The notes under the pieces were generated by a model that saw only the letters and a list, made by a program, of their open reading frames with translations, made no database searches and was not told the origin of the DNA. The position numbers were made by a program, and so were the translations under genes. From Camelus ferus (Eukaryota), in contig NC_045696.1 of assembly GCF_009834535.1 (NCBI RefSeq), forward strand, positions 17,300,001 to 17,364,000: 64,000 nt of DNA. Direction: 5' to 3'. Shown piece after piece: positions 24,401-38,447 of this stretch (within the stretch, counting starts at the first letter, position 1; every line of letters begins with the position of its first letter).

Positions 24401-26904
24401 GTGTTAGGTAAGACTTGGGATGCTTAACTGTGAGAAAGATATAAACCATCCACAGAGAGCATTTTCATCTCAGTTTTGAATTAGTAATTAACTTTTATGC
24501 CGAAAAGATTAGAAGATTGCTTTTACTTTGTGCTTTCTTTCACCTCTCACTTATTCTATAACTATCAACAAAATCCTTTGTTTTCATAAGTTGTAGACAA
24601 AAAATATCAAACTTTATAGAATAATATTTTTTTGTTTCCTAGTTACTGTTGTTGAAATTCTACAGTTCAAAAAGCATAACTAAAGAAACTTACACATCAT
24701 ATGTGTTATCATACCATTTTTACATCTGTGTATCTCATAATATTCCTTCTGCATACACAATAGAATTATATTTCATTGTGAAAACAATTATTGATGACAA
24801 AGCCCATGGCCATAAAATATAGGCATAAAGAACACTTAAATTCTGTCATCCAGGAGCTCGTAATCTAGTACAAGAGATGACACAGATCTGTAATTAACAA
24901 GAATAATTATATGTATATACATATACATGCATATGGCACAGCTGTTATATAGGAGAGGTGACAACTGTGAGTCTAGTGATTGAAAAAAATATTTTCAATC
25001 TTCTTAAAGGAGAAGAGCTTTGAATTGATGTTGAAATTTTGATACACATCCAGTGAAAACAAGTATTCTTGTTGAGAAGAAAATTTAGAATAAACAATTA
25101 GAAAACCATATTTTTAATTATTTATAGTAATTTAAAATTGTTGCAAGTAATATGCATACAAGCTATTCTCATACTGACCATTCAGTGAAGCAGCTGCTAA
25201 ATTATACTAAATTTCCACTCTCCAAGTGTGTTTTGTTTGTTTTATGTGCAATTAAAAGAATTTCATCATTAAAAATTTCCAAGTGTTTTTTCAGTCTTGG
25301 ACATACATACTTACAAGTCTAAATTAATCCTAAAGTTTCATTTCCCTAATTAAGCAGATTTTTTAGGAATGTATATTTGCCACATGCTAAATATATGTTT
25401 AAGAAACTCAGAATTCTGGTATTTTATTCTTACTATAAATGACTTTTTAATAGGCAAACACTGCCTTGAAGGGATCCTATAATTTGTGAGATAACTAAGC
25501 TTACTAATTGGACAGAAACTAATCTATCCCCTTTGTATGTTTCTGTACACTGTGGAAGATCCTTTACATTCTGCAGGTTTGATGGCATTTTAAAATACCA
25601 GCCTTAACAAATGTAGTTAGCTAGACATCTGTCATGTTCAGAAAATGAAAATAAGAGTTAAAAGAAGACTTTCCTCTGAAGCCTGCGAGCAGGCTCTAGC
25701 TCTAGGACAAATGTGTACAGAGGACGACACTAGCACGTGCCTCTCTGACTTCCTATTTGGAGGAATAATCTTAAAAAGAAACTGAGCATTGGAACCACGT
25801 CTCCTATGACCCAGCCTCACTTCCCAATCTTAGGTTGACAGCATTTGTGAGATTGAGGTGATAACCCAGCAAAAAATGGAAGAAACAATAATAGAATTCC
25901 TGAAATATATAATCAGAAATCTCCTCCTTCACTTTCAAGTTGCTTTTCTTTAAAGAAGTAAATGTTGTTTTGATTTCAAGAGAAAATATTTTTTGTTTGT
26001 AAACACAATTGTGTATTAGAAGTTAACAATGCCCTTGAAATACTTGATGGCAGTCTAAATTATTGCTGTTTTTTTTTCTTACTTTCTTACCTAATTGTTC
26101 AAATTCATCTAAGGACAATATCATTTGAAATCACTTACTTTTAAGCATGATTAAGAACTACTATATAAATATTTTATATATATGTATATAACTGTTCTGT
26201 AGATTGAGTTAAAAACTAGCATTTTGTTAAAATAGGAAATAGGTTGATAGTATATGGGAATAGTAACATAAAAATATGCTTTTATATTAAACACATCTAT
26301 AACAGGGTTTTGGCTAATAATTGTATCACTAAACCATACTCAGTGTTAATAATAGCCTTAAATATGGTAGCATTTTGCAAAAATTTCTATTAGAAATAGT
26401 CCCTTGATGTGAAACATGTTTTTTCAATTTAATTAAATACATTTTAGATAATTTGTACATTATTACATGCTGTATACTTATAGAGCTAGTTTCCCCCCCT
26501 TAATAAATATTTGTAAATAGGTCACAGTAAGAAGTAAGAAAAGTTAGAAGTAAAGGAAGAAGTAAGAAAACCATTACATTTAAATTTATAAGGTAACCAA
26601 AAATTCATAAAGTTGGATAATCTCTGCTTATTAGAGTGGTTGGTTCATTCATACTTCATATGATTATTGGTACAATATGGTGTCAGTATATAATTTTATA
26701 ATTTTATTTGCTTAACCTTTAAAAAGCTTTCTTCTCTACATTTTTTGTATTACATAAATATTTTAAATTATACTTCTCTCACCTAGTGCAACCTAAACAC
26801 ATGTTCCACTGTGTTTAAAACTTTAGATCTCTGTAAGGGATTTACATCATAGAAACATTTTTGCAATGCTTGTACAAACGTTTCTATTTCTGAAAAACTT
26901 TAAT

Positions 26905-28835
26905 ACATTTTGTAAGTGTTTTAGATTTATGGATTATTTGCGATGATAGTACAGACAGTACTCATACACCCCAGTTTCCTTTCTTACTCATATCTAACAT
27001 TAGTATAGTGTACTTGTTACAGCTAACAAACCAATATTGATAAACTTCTGTTGACTAAAGTATATACTTTATTCAGATTTTCTTAGATTTTACCTAATGT
27101 ACTGTTACCAAGTCCAACCTATAAAACAACTCATTTAGCATTTTTGGTTGGGGCATAAATCTGAATCTGGAGATCCAGTTAGGAGTAATGGGCATCTTAA
27201 CAATAGTCTTATCTATACACATAGAATATTACTCTATATGTTTAGATTTCCTTTGATTTCTTTCTTCTGAGTTTTATAGTTTTCTTTTACATTTAAATCT
27301 GCCCACATTTTGATTGATTTATGCTGAAGTATTTTACCTTTGGTGCTATTATAAATTGTTTGGATTTTAACTTCAAATTCCAATCATTTATTGCTCTTAA
27401 AAAGGGAAATAATTGACTTTTGTATCTAAACCATGTTCATTAGTTTCCTGCGGCTGCCATAACAAAGTAACTACAGACTGGGTGGCTTAAAATAACCAAA
27501 ATTTATTCTCTCACCGTTCTGGAGGCTAGAAGGTGTCAGCAGAGCCAAGCTCCCTCCATCAGACTCTGGGTTGCATCATTCCTTGCTTCTTCCTAGCTTC
27601 CGTTGTTAGCTTTCCCTCCTTGGTGTTCTTGGGAATGTGGTAGCATTTCTCTCATCTCTGTCTCTGTTGTCACATAATGTTCTTCCTATTTGTCTCTGCC
27701 CAAATTTCCTTCTTTTTGTAAAGATACCGATCATCTTGGATTAGTGTCCACCCTAATGACCTCATTTTTTCACTTGATTATATCTGCACAGAACCTCTTT
27801 TCAAACAAGGTCACATTCACAGATACGTGAGTTAGGATTTCAACATGTCTTTCAGGGAATACAGATCAACTCTTAACACTGTGTACCCTGCGACTGGTAG
27901 ACTAGCTTGGTAGTTCCAGGAATTTTCTGGTTGATTCTTTGAGATTTTCTACATAGACATCATGTCATCTGCAAAGATAGTGTTTTGCCTCTTCCTAATA
28001 GGCACATATTTTACTGTTTTTTTTTTTTCTTATCTTTTACTAAGTAGGACTTTCAGTAGGATGTTAAATAGGAGTGGTGAGTAAACAACATTGTCTTTTT
28101 CACAGTCTTTCAAGGAAAAGTATCTATTTTCTCTCTGTTCAATTTAACGTTAGCTGTAGGTTGTTTGTGGATGTTTTTATCAGGCTGAGAAAGTCCTCTT
28201 CTATCCTTAGAATAGATTTTCATTATGACTGGGTGTTGCATTTTGTCAGGTGCTTTATTTTCACATCAGTTCTTATGGTCATGTGATGTTTATTTTTTAT
28301 CCTGTTGATACGATAGATTACCATGATAGATTTTCAAACATTGAACCAGTCTTGCATACTAAAATATTTCCCATTTGGTCATGGTATAAAATTGTTTTTA
28401 TACATTGTTAGATTTGACTTACTAATTTTTTTAATATTATTGCATCTACATTCATAAGAGATGATGGAATATAGTTTCCCCTTCCCATAATGTTTTTATC
28501 TGATTTTAGTATGAGGGTAATTCTAGCCACATGAAATACAATAGGATGTGTTTATTCTCCTTCTATTTTATGAAAGTGTTTGTGGAGAATATGAAATATT
28601 ATTGTTTAGTAGAATTTATTAGTGACATCTTTAGTGCATAGTGCTTGCTTTTTTGAAGGTTATTAACCATTAATTCAAATCTTCAATATATCTAAGACTA
28701 TTCAGATTGTCTATTTCCCATGGTTTGAGATTTTGTGTTCTTCAAGAAATTAGTCTGTTTCACCTAAGTTATAAAATGTGTTGTCTCAATGTTGCTCATA
28801 ATATCACTTTATTATTCCAGTTAACTTGCATCATA
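26905..28835 (-). mobile_element. Old LINE-1 (L1MC-like 3' end joined to ORF2), split by MLT1
   Basis: 3' UTR-like AACAAACCAATATTGATA...ATTCAGATTTTC. Antisense ORF2 motifs GACATCATGTCATCTGCAAA, TTAGCTGTAGG and TTGAACCAGTCTTGCAT. Confidence 0.88.
27436..27878 (-). mobile_element. MaLR solo LTR (MLT1C-like) nested in L1
   Basis: ATTAGTTTCCTGCGGCTGCCATAACAAAGTA, ATTTATTCTCTCACCGTTCTGGAGGCTAGAAG and AAGGTCACATTCACAG. TSD CCATG / CTGTG. Confidence 0.92.
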
Positions 28836-30084
28836 TCAAGGGCCTACATTATTTTTTTTCCTGAATTCATAAAGACTTCTGATTTTAGACCACTCATCAC
28901 ATATTAAAGGAAAAAAAATAAAAGAGACTATGACCCTTGATATCGGGGGTATATTTGGCTTTATTTGGCTATTTTCAAAAAGCAAGAAATATAATATGAT
29001 ATAAAAGTTAATGACACCCATAGCCTTCATTTCAGATTTCAGTGAATGGATGAACTATTACTGCCACGGCATTACACTAAGTTTGAAATGTGATAGTTTC
29101 TCTTACAAAAAACATGATTTGAGCACATTGTTACTTCAAAGATGGAAGAATAATGCACATCATTTGTATTATATAGGGTCAGTGCAGCTCTGTAAAGGCA
29201 GAAAAATCATAATAAAAGTAATAGTAACAATAATATTTTATGTTGATGAGATAATATATACTTTCACATATTTTCACATGCATTGTCTCATTTGATACAG
29301 TTAATTTTATTTAGAGATCCAAATTCTAGGAGAAATGAGAGTATCATATAAATACTTGAAAATCTCTACATTCTAGGCTTGAAATTCTCTTATAAAACTC
29401 AAATTTATATATGGTAAAAAGCATCTCATTTAAGGGATTGATTCTTTTCAAAGCATATTCTTCAGGTATTAGTTTTCATAGAATTACAGGGAGACTATGA
29501 AGATGCATTAGCCTACCATAAATTTAGCAAACTTCACCATTTCTAATTTACATAAAGGAATGCACCTTTTAAAATATTTTACAGTTATTGCTATTCAGTG
29601 TGTATAATGCAATTTTGCTTACCAGATGAAAAATTCTTAAGTATAAATATATAAAGTTAATTACAGTATACTTTTAAAAACTACACCATTTACTGCAAGA
29701 AAGAAAAAAAAAACTGCACCAAAATCGAATAGCTTCACATGGATAGATATGAATAAAACTTATTTTATTAAGCAGAGTATAACTTTTAAAAAAACATTTT
29801 GCATATGCCTGGGTTTGGGAATATAAATTCAACGTCTTGATGTTATTTAAATGAAAATTACAGCATTGAGAATAATTTTGAGCATATTAAAATTTAAAGA
29901 AAAATATTTAAAAGAAATAGATTGTATTTAATTAACCTAAAATTGCAGAGCTTTTTAAGTTAACTTAAATGTGTGCTTGTATAGTTTAATCTTCTTTAGT
30001 TCCAACAGAGTAATTCCCTAATGTTGTGAAAGATCACTTTCGAAGCCAATACTTAGCAGAAAGTCAAATCCATTTGGTGATTTA

Positions 30085-30200
30085 GATGCATTTATTCATT
30101 TGTTCAATAAATATTCAGAGATGACAGGAGTTATTATATGTTCATTGTGCACTAGGTGGAACAAAGATGTCACTGAAACTCCCAAGTTTAGATGGATAGA
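30085..30200 (-). mobile_element. L2 3'-end fragment
   Basis: ATGCATTTATTCATTTGTTCAATAAATATT...CATTGTGCACTAGGTG. Confidence 0.55.
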
Positions 30201-31537
30201 AATTATCTGGGATGGTGGATTCTGTCCTGACAGGATAAAAAAGGAAGTCTGATGGAATTAGGGGATCAGATCATTAAAATCAGATCAAAATGAAGCATAA
30301 GGGAAACTGAGTCCGGTAGCAGAAACTGCAGCTCCAAATCAAGAGGTAGTAGGGAGAGCACACATCTGTGTCCCATGATCAAATTATGTGTGTTCTATAT
30401 AAATACCTTTCTCTACTTGGCATCGTTCTTCTCAACTATAAAACAAGAGGTTTGAATTTGATGATTTATAGTCTCATATCAATGACTAAGAATGTTTGGA
30501 ACCATAGGTTTGAAGTAAAGATGTGAAGCAGCAGTGATTTGAAACACATCTTATCTTCATTTACAAGTGCAGTCAGAGACAAGGCTCTGAGTTCTACTTG
30601 GGCGCTTAAAGGCTCCAGCTCCTCTAGTGACATGTGAAGAAGGGCAGTGTCATTCTTTAATAATGAACTCTAAAGGCGACATTGGCCTTGAAGTTCTAGC
30701 AGGTAATGATCTCATGCTAGCAAGTCCACATTTGATTAGAGAATATGTAACAAGCAAGACCAATGTCCGTGGTACCTTATAATTTAAAGAAATCCTTAAC
30801 AAGCATAGATTTCAGTGAGACAGTAAAATAACATGGTATGGCATAAATCTTTGTTTATTAGCAAATTTATTAGTTGTAAAGAAAACAGGATTTTTTAAAT
30901 GTCAAAAGTTATTAAAAAATTCTACATTCATGATCTTGAGAAAAACTGAAATTATGAAACACAAAAAACAAAGTTTTAATTAATAAAACAAAATAATTGG
31001 CTGTGTTTTGGTATGACTGAATGTCTCTACTTCTGAAATGGTTAATGTTCTAGCTTTTTTATAGTGTTTAAGTGCTATGCAAGGAAAGTTGTTTTATATT
31101 CAAAACATTGATATACACATAGTTTCCACTGAGCTTTACTATTAAGTTAAAATAGTTATACCACTGGTAAATGTTTTTTGAATTTCCATAATTTTCTTAT
31201 GATATACTTCTCCTTAATGTAGATAGCTCTAAAATAACTTAAATCTATTTTGGAGTTTAGAAATCATAGAATGTCCTTTGCACTTATCATTTTAGTAATT
31301 TTCATAAGATACTCATATTTATACAACATGAATACTTACCAATATATAGTTATATATATTATATTTATATATAAGGATTATAATTAATATAATCCTTAAT
31401 TTATATCAACAGAAGTTTTAAAGTATTATATTAATATATAACTGTTCTCCCATAAATATAAAGTTATATTTTTTTAAATATTGAATTATACTGACTTATA
31501 TGATCCTTTATAGTTATATTTGGGAGAAGTAATTAGG

Positions 31538-31630
31538 TTTATTTATTTATTTATTTATTTTAACAAACGTACGGGAGATTGAACCTAGGACCTCGTGCAT
31601 ACTAGGTGCACACTCTACTACTGAGTTAAA
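31538..31630 (-). mobile_element. tRNA-Ala-derived SINE (camelid vic-1-like), 5' end eroded
   Basis: The reverse complement reads TAACTCAGTAGTAGAGTGTGCACCTAGTATGCACGAGGTCCTAGGTTCAATCTCC, with A and B boxes, followed by an (AAAT)n tail. Confidence 0.85.
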
Positions 31631-31943
31631 TTTTAAAGCATGCAAATTATTTCCAAACTTACAAATGTAATGGGACAAATGATCCATTTGTTTACATTTG
31701 TATAATTGTACAAGATTTTCAATTGCATTGCTGAGTGGTTAGCATATACATTGGTAAATAATTTCCCCAATCTTAATTACTCTTCATCTGATCAATAAGT
31801 GTATGTCATGAAGGAAAAAAACCACAAATGTAGAGTATAGATTAATATGTACTTTTAGAGAATAGTTATAATGTATAATTAAAATAACTCTCAGAACTCA
31901 TTTTTTGTGAGATAATACTAATCTAAAACTCCTTTGAGTCATT

Positions 31944-32580
31944 AAGAAAACAATCCCATTTACAATACCATCAAAAAGAATGAAATACTTAGAAATAAAC
32001 TTAAGGAGGTTAAAGGCTTGTACACTGAAAACTATAAAACATATATAAGAAAAATTAAAGAAGACTCAAATAAATAAAAAGCCATCCCATGTTCATAAAT
32101 TGAAATACTTAATATTGTTAAAATGTCTGTACTACCAAAAACTATGTACAGATTTAATATTATTCTTTTCAAAATCCCAATGGCATTTTTTAAAAAAAAT
32201 ACTAAAATTCATGTGAAACCACAAAAGATCTAGAATATCTAAAGTGATCTTGAGAAAGAAGAACAAATGTGGAGGCATCACACTTCCTGATTTTAACAAT
32301 ATTACAACACTATAATAATTACAACAATATGGTACTGGCATAAAGACAGACATACATACCAATGGAACAGAATAGAAAGCCCAGAAATAAATCCATGCAT
32401 ATTACAGTCAACTAATATTTGACAAGGGCATTAAGAGTAGAGAGTAAATACTTTCTTTACAAACGGTGGTGGGAAACCTGGATGCCATGAGCAAAAAACT
32501 GAAATTGGGTTCTACCGTACACCCCATGCAAAAATCAACTCACATTGGAGGAAAGACCTGCATATGAAACCTGAAACCAC
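31944..32580 (+). mobile_element. LINE-1 ORF2 fragment (end of RT and downstream), pseudogenic
   Basis: AATCCCATTTACAATA, TACACTGAAAACTATAAAAC, GGAGGCATCACACTTCCTGATTT, TGGTACTGGCATAAA and CCAATGGAACAGAATAGA. Confidence 0.95.
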
Positions 32581-33351
32581 ACATATACAAGATGTTTGAG
32601 AGGAATTTGAATGCAGTGTGATCTAATATCGAACTTTGAAGTGCCCCAAGCAAGCAGTTTATAAGATACCCAACAGATGTTAACATTGTATTGCATTTTC
32701 TCAAAAATTCAAACTACATACAACATCCCGGTGCATGCTAAAGCATCCTGGGTCGTCTTTTCCCTACACTTTAAAAATAGTCTCTCTAAATTTGCTTCTT
32801 ACACTTTTAAGATTTTACTGTTTTGCATTTATGTTATAAAGGCGATAAGAAGCATGCTTATTGATCATATCTTCTATCCTGGGATGAAGTGAAGGAAACA
32901 TGCTATAAAGCTATATTGTAAAAGATAAAATTGAGAGATATGGTTAAAGGGGCCAACATTTCTATATTATAAAATGGGAGGAATATCTGGATTTGAATTC
33001 TGTATTAGAACTATTAAACAATTCAATAATTTTAATGCAGTATCAATATGAATTAGTTTAGATTTCTATCATAGGAATATATACTATTCATAATTCTTCC
33101 TCTTAATGAGTTCTATCCCCAAATCTCTCATAAAATAAGAAAAATAAACTTTTGAATCGACAACTTTTTTCACAGGACCTAAAATTCAGTATCATAATAT
33201 ATGTGTGTGTATGTATACATAGAGATCACATGTGCATATGTGCATTATATATGTACATATGTATGTATATACTATGACACCCAGCTTATTGACCTGCCAA
33301 TGTTTATTCATTTCTCCTAGCATCACACTGTGTTCCTCACAATGCTGTAGA

Positions 33352-33541
33352 ATAGCAATTTTCAAAATTTAATCTCTGGACCAGCAGCATCAGCATCACC
33401 TGGAACTTGTTAGAGGTGTGAATTATTGGACCCCACCACAGATTCACTGAAAAAGTAACTCTGAAAGTGGAGCAATTGGTCTATGTTTTATCAAGCCCAC
33501 CAAGTGATTCCAAAGCAAGCTAAGTTTTGAGAACCTTTGCT
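33352..33541. mobile_element. MER5A-like hAT-Charlie MITE
   Basis: GGACCAGCAGCATCAGCATCACCTGGAACTTGTTAGA...AAGTTTTGAGAACC. Confidence 0.88.
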
Positions 33542-33591
33542 GTAGAACCCTAAATTATTGTTCTTAGTACAGAATATTACTGCTAGTAGTT

Positions 33592-33650
33592 CAGTTGACC
33601 CTTTGAACAATGCAGGGACTAGGGGCGCCCATCCTTCTTGTAATCAAAAT
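33592..33650. mobile_element. Tigger2-family terminal fragment (TcMar-Tigger)
   Basis: CAGTTGACCCTTTGAACAATGCAGGGACTAGGGGCGCC resembles a Tigger2 terminal inverted repeat. Confidence 0.7.
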
Positions 33651-34550
33651 TTTTCCAATGAACTGATTCTCAGCTGTGTCTAATCCTCTGATTAAACCAT
33701 TGATTGAACTTTTAAGTTCAATGAATATACTTTTAATTTCTAAAAATTCTAATTGGGTAATTTAAAAACTGTCTTAGATTCTGTTATAGATTCTTTTCCT
33801 TTGCTTATATTTTCAATTCTGTTTTGATTTTTAAATAAAATTTATTTTGCAGTTTATGTACATTAATTCAGGCCTTTATGACTGTTTCTCATGTTTTGAA
33901 ATTTGGGCTTGTCAGCTAATATTTGCGTGATCTTAAATGAATTCCTAAGGCCTATACTGATAGGGAACTTTTCTTAACAGAAGATTTCTGCTTGCAGCTG
34001 CCAAGTTGCTCCGGCGTGCTACCGATCTGAAAACATTTAAAATCTATTAGTTGGCCTAGATTTTCCAGCAAAATTTTAAAGCCCAAATATAACTAAGAGA
34101 ATGGCTATAGTTTCATATTCTCTTGGGAAAGTAGCCTCCTCTCACACAGCTAAGACTAATAAAGGTCTTATTTTGTCGTCTTTGTGGTGGGTAGATTTTT
34201 AACGTTTACCCTTTCATTGTCAGTGTATCCTTTTGCAGTCCATGAATTCTGAAAGGCTATTGTTCAGACTTATAACCTTCTGATATTGTCATAGGGAACT
34301 ATGTCATAAGGCAGCGTCTCCCTTACTCTGGACTGCTGTTAAGATTCTGGTATTGGTAAACTTTTTCAGGAGGATTTCTATTTAGTCAATGGCTACCAAA
34401 CTTCCTTTGGTTTGCGCTTTGCTTTTGGTTCCTGAGACTTTTCTTGATTTTATTGCAAGCTTCAATAAAAGTTTGTTGCTTTTGTTCAGTGTCTAGTAGT
34501 TGAAAGAAGAATTACTTTTTTAGATTATGTAAAAAATCCATTAAGTCAGA
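33651..34550 (-). mobile_element. Ancient L1/HAL1-like 5'/ORF1 region
   Basis: TTCTCAGCTGTGTCTAATC...CCATTGATTGAAC...TTTTAATTTCTAAAAATTCTA, typical of antisense old L1 ORF1/HAL1. Confidence 0.55.
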
Positions 34551-34669
34551 AGCAGAATCTATTAAATGAATCGATAACATTCAGAATCCATATTGGTATA
34601 GCATTTCGCAATTAGCTTGTGTTAAAGTTAAGAGTTATTTTATTTTCCCCAGTTTCAAATATTACAATA

Positions 34670-34880
34670 ATAAGATAATGCTCTGCACTTATAAAGTTAT
34701 TTACAATTTATAAAACACTTGTCCTCTTTTAAATTTATCCTCATAATCTCAAAGGTACACAGACAAGAAACAAGCTGAGACAGAAATTTTGGGCTTTACA
34801 TATCTCATGATTTTAAACAAAAGAGCTTAGATTTAAACTGGATCTTCTTAAACCAGATCTACCTCTGTTATAGTTCTAAT
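34670..34880 (-). mobile_element. MIR
   Basis: TTTACAATTTATAAAACACTT, ATCCTCATAA, ACAGACAAGAAACAAGCTGAGA and GATTTAAACTGGATCTTCT. Confidence 0.6.
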
Positions 34881-35617
34881 TTGTGTTTTTAATGGAACTT
34901 AAGAATAATTAAAAGGGCCTATTTTTAATACGGAATGCCAACATTTAAAATATATATTATATATATATAAAATGTATTTTAGTCAAACAGCCAGGCAGTT
35001 TGAGCTATCCAAGGTAAAAGTACTGCCTTTATCTTTAATAATACAACCTATTTACAGAACTGTGAGTCTGTTCTGAAAAGGAATATTTCATCAACACAAT
35101 AATGTTCTATTTCAGTTTGATTTGCCTGTAAAGATTTTAACTGCACTTTCCTATATACATGTGGTTCTTATAGAAAGAAATTATTCTCAAATAAAATTTA
35201 GGGTGCTTGATATTTCTTTTGTCCTCTTTAAAACTGTGTCAGGTGTTTCAGTAGCAAAATGTGAAAGACAGAAAATTTGGATTTAGTTTTCTTGATCTGG
35301 CTTTTTATTCCAAAGCAGAGGAATTGCATGCACCTGCTCACATAGTAACCTCAGGCAGTGATCACGCAGTTTCCTGGCGAGGAAAGTTTACAAAGAAGGT
35401 TCATCCTACTTCAGTAAGAGATCCGGGGCAAATGAGCTCCTTAAAAGCCACATGCAGAAGCCTTAACCAGATACACAATCACTGGACAGAGACATCCAAC
35501 AATTTTTTAAAGGTATCTGGCAAGAGCATTTATGTTTTAGGAAAAGTAACTTTCTGAAGAAAACTTATTAAATAGTGACTCAGCAATTCTCTAAGATGAC
35601 TTTGTCAATTAATTAAA

Positions 35618-35745
35618 CAGTGATTCAGCAGCATTGGGATAACTCGAGAGCTTGTTAGAAGTTCATGATTTGGGGTCTCACCACAGATCCATCAAACCAA
35701 AAATTTCATTCAACCTATGCACATTAAAGATGGAGAGAATTGCTA
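35618..35745. mobile_element. MER5-like hAT MITE fragment
   Basis: GAGCTTGTTAGAAG...GGTCTCACCACAGA...TATGCACATTAAAGATGGAGA. Confidence 0.55.
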
Positions 35746-36538
35746 CAAGATGATTTGGGCCATGGGTTTCACTATTAGTAAGTAGTTTTCAAACACTCTC
35801 CCTAATATATGTTAAATAAGTTAATTTGGTAAAGAAAACAGTCTATTATTTTACCTTATCCCATATCCTTTTTAATTCAATCATTTTGTTCTCATAATGG
35901 GTTATGATAATTGAAATGGGTTCTAAACTGAAATGAATTTACTGAGTGTAACCCCCTCTCCCTTAAGTTGAATAAGAGTAAACCACCTTAATTTTCTCCT
36001 GAATGTCCAGCTCTGTGAGGCAAAGACTCATGTTTACTAGAAGTGTGTTCAGGGATTATCTTCAGTGTCAAGAATAATACTGAACATGAAGAAGGTTATT
36101 TAAAAGTTTTATTGACTAAAATATATAAATCCTTTCTCATGGCAAAGTTAACATTTCTAACATGACTTTTTGAATGGAAGAGGCATCAAGACGCTTAATT
36201 CAATGAGGAAATGGCCTTCTTAATATTTTATGGCAAGTTAACTAGTTAGTACTTTTGTGATTTATTTCTTATTTCTGTCTAAGAATAAGTGATATAGCTG
36301 TCATTTAATATTCAGTTACTATTTGAAACGTTTTACTGATATGGAACTATGATTCCCAATTGGCAGAAGTTGCTGATGACAGAAATCAAGCTCAAGCTGT
36401 ATTACCCAAAGCAAGAGAAGATGAAAGATCTAGAGTATAATGACTAAGGAGAAAAACAGCACAACAGGTTTATACATATGTATTGATGTGGTTCAAATAG
36501 AATTATTCATATGGCCCCCAACACCAATATGTATTTAC

Positions 36539-36565
36539 CTCTCTCTCTTTTCTCTTCTGTCTCTC

Positions 36566-36607
<42 letters not shown>
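36539..36607. repeat. Compound (CT)n(CA)n microsatellite
   Basis: Seen directly. It produces the SLSL/THTH/RERE runs in the ORFs at 36440-36816. Confidence 0.95.
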
Positions 36608-36608
<1 letters not shown>

Positions 36609-36663
36609 ATTTCTGTGCACACACAGCTGTCTCTTCTCTTACTTTTGCTTTCCAAAGTTCCTC

Positions 36664-37229
36664 TGTCATGAAAACACTCTTAAGGTGCCCCCCTACCATG
36701 GTCCCTTCTGTGTAGTGTTCACACATTTTTTTGATCTTTTCTTGAGCAGATATGACTTGTGATTTACTTCTAACCAATAGAATAAGGTACAAATGATGAG
36801 GTGTAGAGATTAACATGCATGATTACATTATATAAGATTGCAGTGCCCATTCTGGGAAGAGACTCCCCCTGCCTGTCTTGATGAAGCAAACAGCTATATT
36901 GGAGACACAAGACACAAAACACTGAGTGTGGGTTCTGGAAACTGGGGATGGTCTCCACTTAATAGACTGCAAGAAAATAAGGTCTTATTCTTACAACCAT
37001 AAAGAATTAAATTCTATCAACAACAACATAAACTTGAAGCTGATCATTCTATAGTCAATTTCCAGATTCAAGTCCAGTCATGGTGGATGTTGATTATAGC
37101 CTTGCAAAAAACCCAGATAAGCTATGCTAGGACTCCTGACTCTTAGAAACTGTGAATAAATAAATGAGTGTTATTTCAAGCTGTTAAGTTTGTGACAACA
37201 TTGGTATGTAGCAATAGAAAGCAAAAACA
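36664..37229 (+). mobile_element. MaLR solo LTR (MLT1E/F-like)
   Basis: ACTTCTAACCAATAGAATA, GACTCCTGACTCTTAGAAACTGTGA and the terminal TGTAGCAATAGAAAGCAAAAACA. Confidence 0.88.
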
Positions 37230-37254
37230 TCCCTTTTCCTAATAATTTTCCATC

Positions 37255-37805
37255 TGTGTCAGGGAGTATTCTAAAATGACTACCTTAAGACTTCCAACCC
37301 TAATTCCTAGGACTATAACTATGGTGAGACATACAGCTCTTGATTGTATCAAGTGACATGGCAAAGAGATTTTGAGAATGTAATAAAGTTTACTAATCAG
37401 TAGGATTTAATTAGTAAATTCTCAAAAGAGAAACTGAGCAGACCTAAGTTACTCTGCTTTGGTCAACATAATAAAACAAAGTCAAAGTCATTTCAAGAAT
37501 GAAGAGAACTTGATATCACAGCACTCACTTGAAGATGAAGGGGCGCAACATTTCAAGGAATGCAGTTGGCCTTTAGAAGATGATAGTGACTCCTCTCTGA
37601 CAGCCAACAAGGAAATGAGGACCTCAGTCCTTCAACAACAAGGAACCGAATTCTGCCAATCACCTGGGGGAGCTTGAATGTAAATTCTTCTCAAAGCCTG
37701 ATAAGAACCCCACCAGACTGACACTTTGATTTCACCTTTGTGAGATCACAGGCAGAAAACACTGTTGCAGCTACCCAGACAGAAGTCATAAAATTAAATT
37801 ATGTA
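37255..37805 (+). mobile_element. MaLR LTR (MLT1E-like), second adjacent copy
   Basis: GACATGGCAAAGAGATTTTG and TGACAGCCAACAAGGAAATGAGGACCTCAGTCCT...GAATTCTGCCAA. Confidence 0.85.
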
Positions 37806-37829
37806 AAACATTCTTGCTTGTTGCAAGAA

Positions 37830-38100
37830 TTGGCTATTAGATATGAATGAGATGGGCATACATTGCAGTGATTTTGGAAAGCAGTGACATGACTCAAGTC
37901 ATTCAGAAGAAGGAAATCTCTAGGTGCTATGCAGTGTATATCCTTCAGGAGAAGATAGGGCTGGAAACAGGAAGCTCAGCTTGGCCTCTGTTTGCAATAA
38001 CCAGGTAAGAGAAGAGAGCATCTCATACAAAAGTAGTAACATTGAAGATGGTGAGAATCAGGGATAGTGTACAAAATCCTAATGCCTGATATGGCATGGA
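37830..38100 (-). mobile_element. L2 fragment
   Basis: Purine-rich. AAAGCAGTGACATGACTC, GCAATAACCAGGTAAGAGA and TAGTAACATTGAAGATGGTGAG. Confidence 0.5.
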
Positions 38101-38447
38101 TAATGAAAATTCACAATGGATGCTATAAAAATTAGAATAGTTGCTAGTGACATATTATATTGAAAAATACAAGATGTATAGGAAAGTGCAGTGTCAGGAA
38201 ATATTTTGAAAAAACATCTCATAAATTTTGCTTAGAGATAAGATAGAAGATTTATTTTCATGTTAAATGATATTTAAAGGGTAATTTTAGAAAATATGTC
38301 CTGCCAAGGGCAAGGCAAGTAAAAAATAAAAATCCAGGTAACTCCATCAGGAAAGGCATTTACACAAGGCAAAGTAAGATATCTAAAATAAATGATGGAA
38401 GAGAGGAATGATAAATATCAGTTAATGACAATGCTCAAAGAGAATTT

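Noticed and set aside
31538..31630. tRNA-Ala gene (also at 60540-60640)
   Set aside because: The stems and anticodon arm are degenerate and there is an A-rich tail, so these are SINE copies rather than functional tRNAs.
32132..32362. 76-aa minus-strand ORF
   Set aside because: It is an antisense reading of an L1 ORF2 fragment.
36440..36816. Three overlapping ORFs
   Set aside because: They are produced by the stop-free (CT)n(CA)n microsatellite and the adjacent MLT1.
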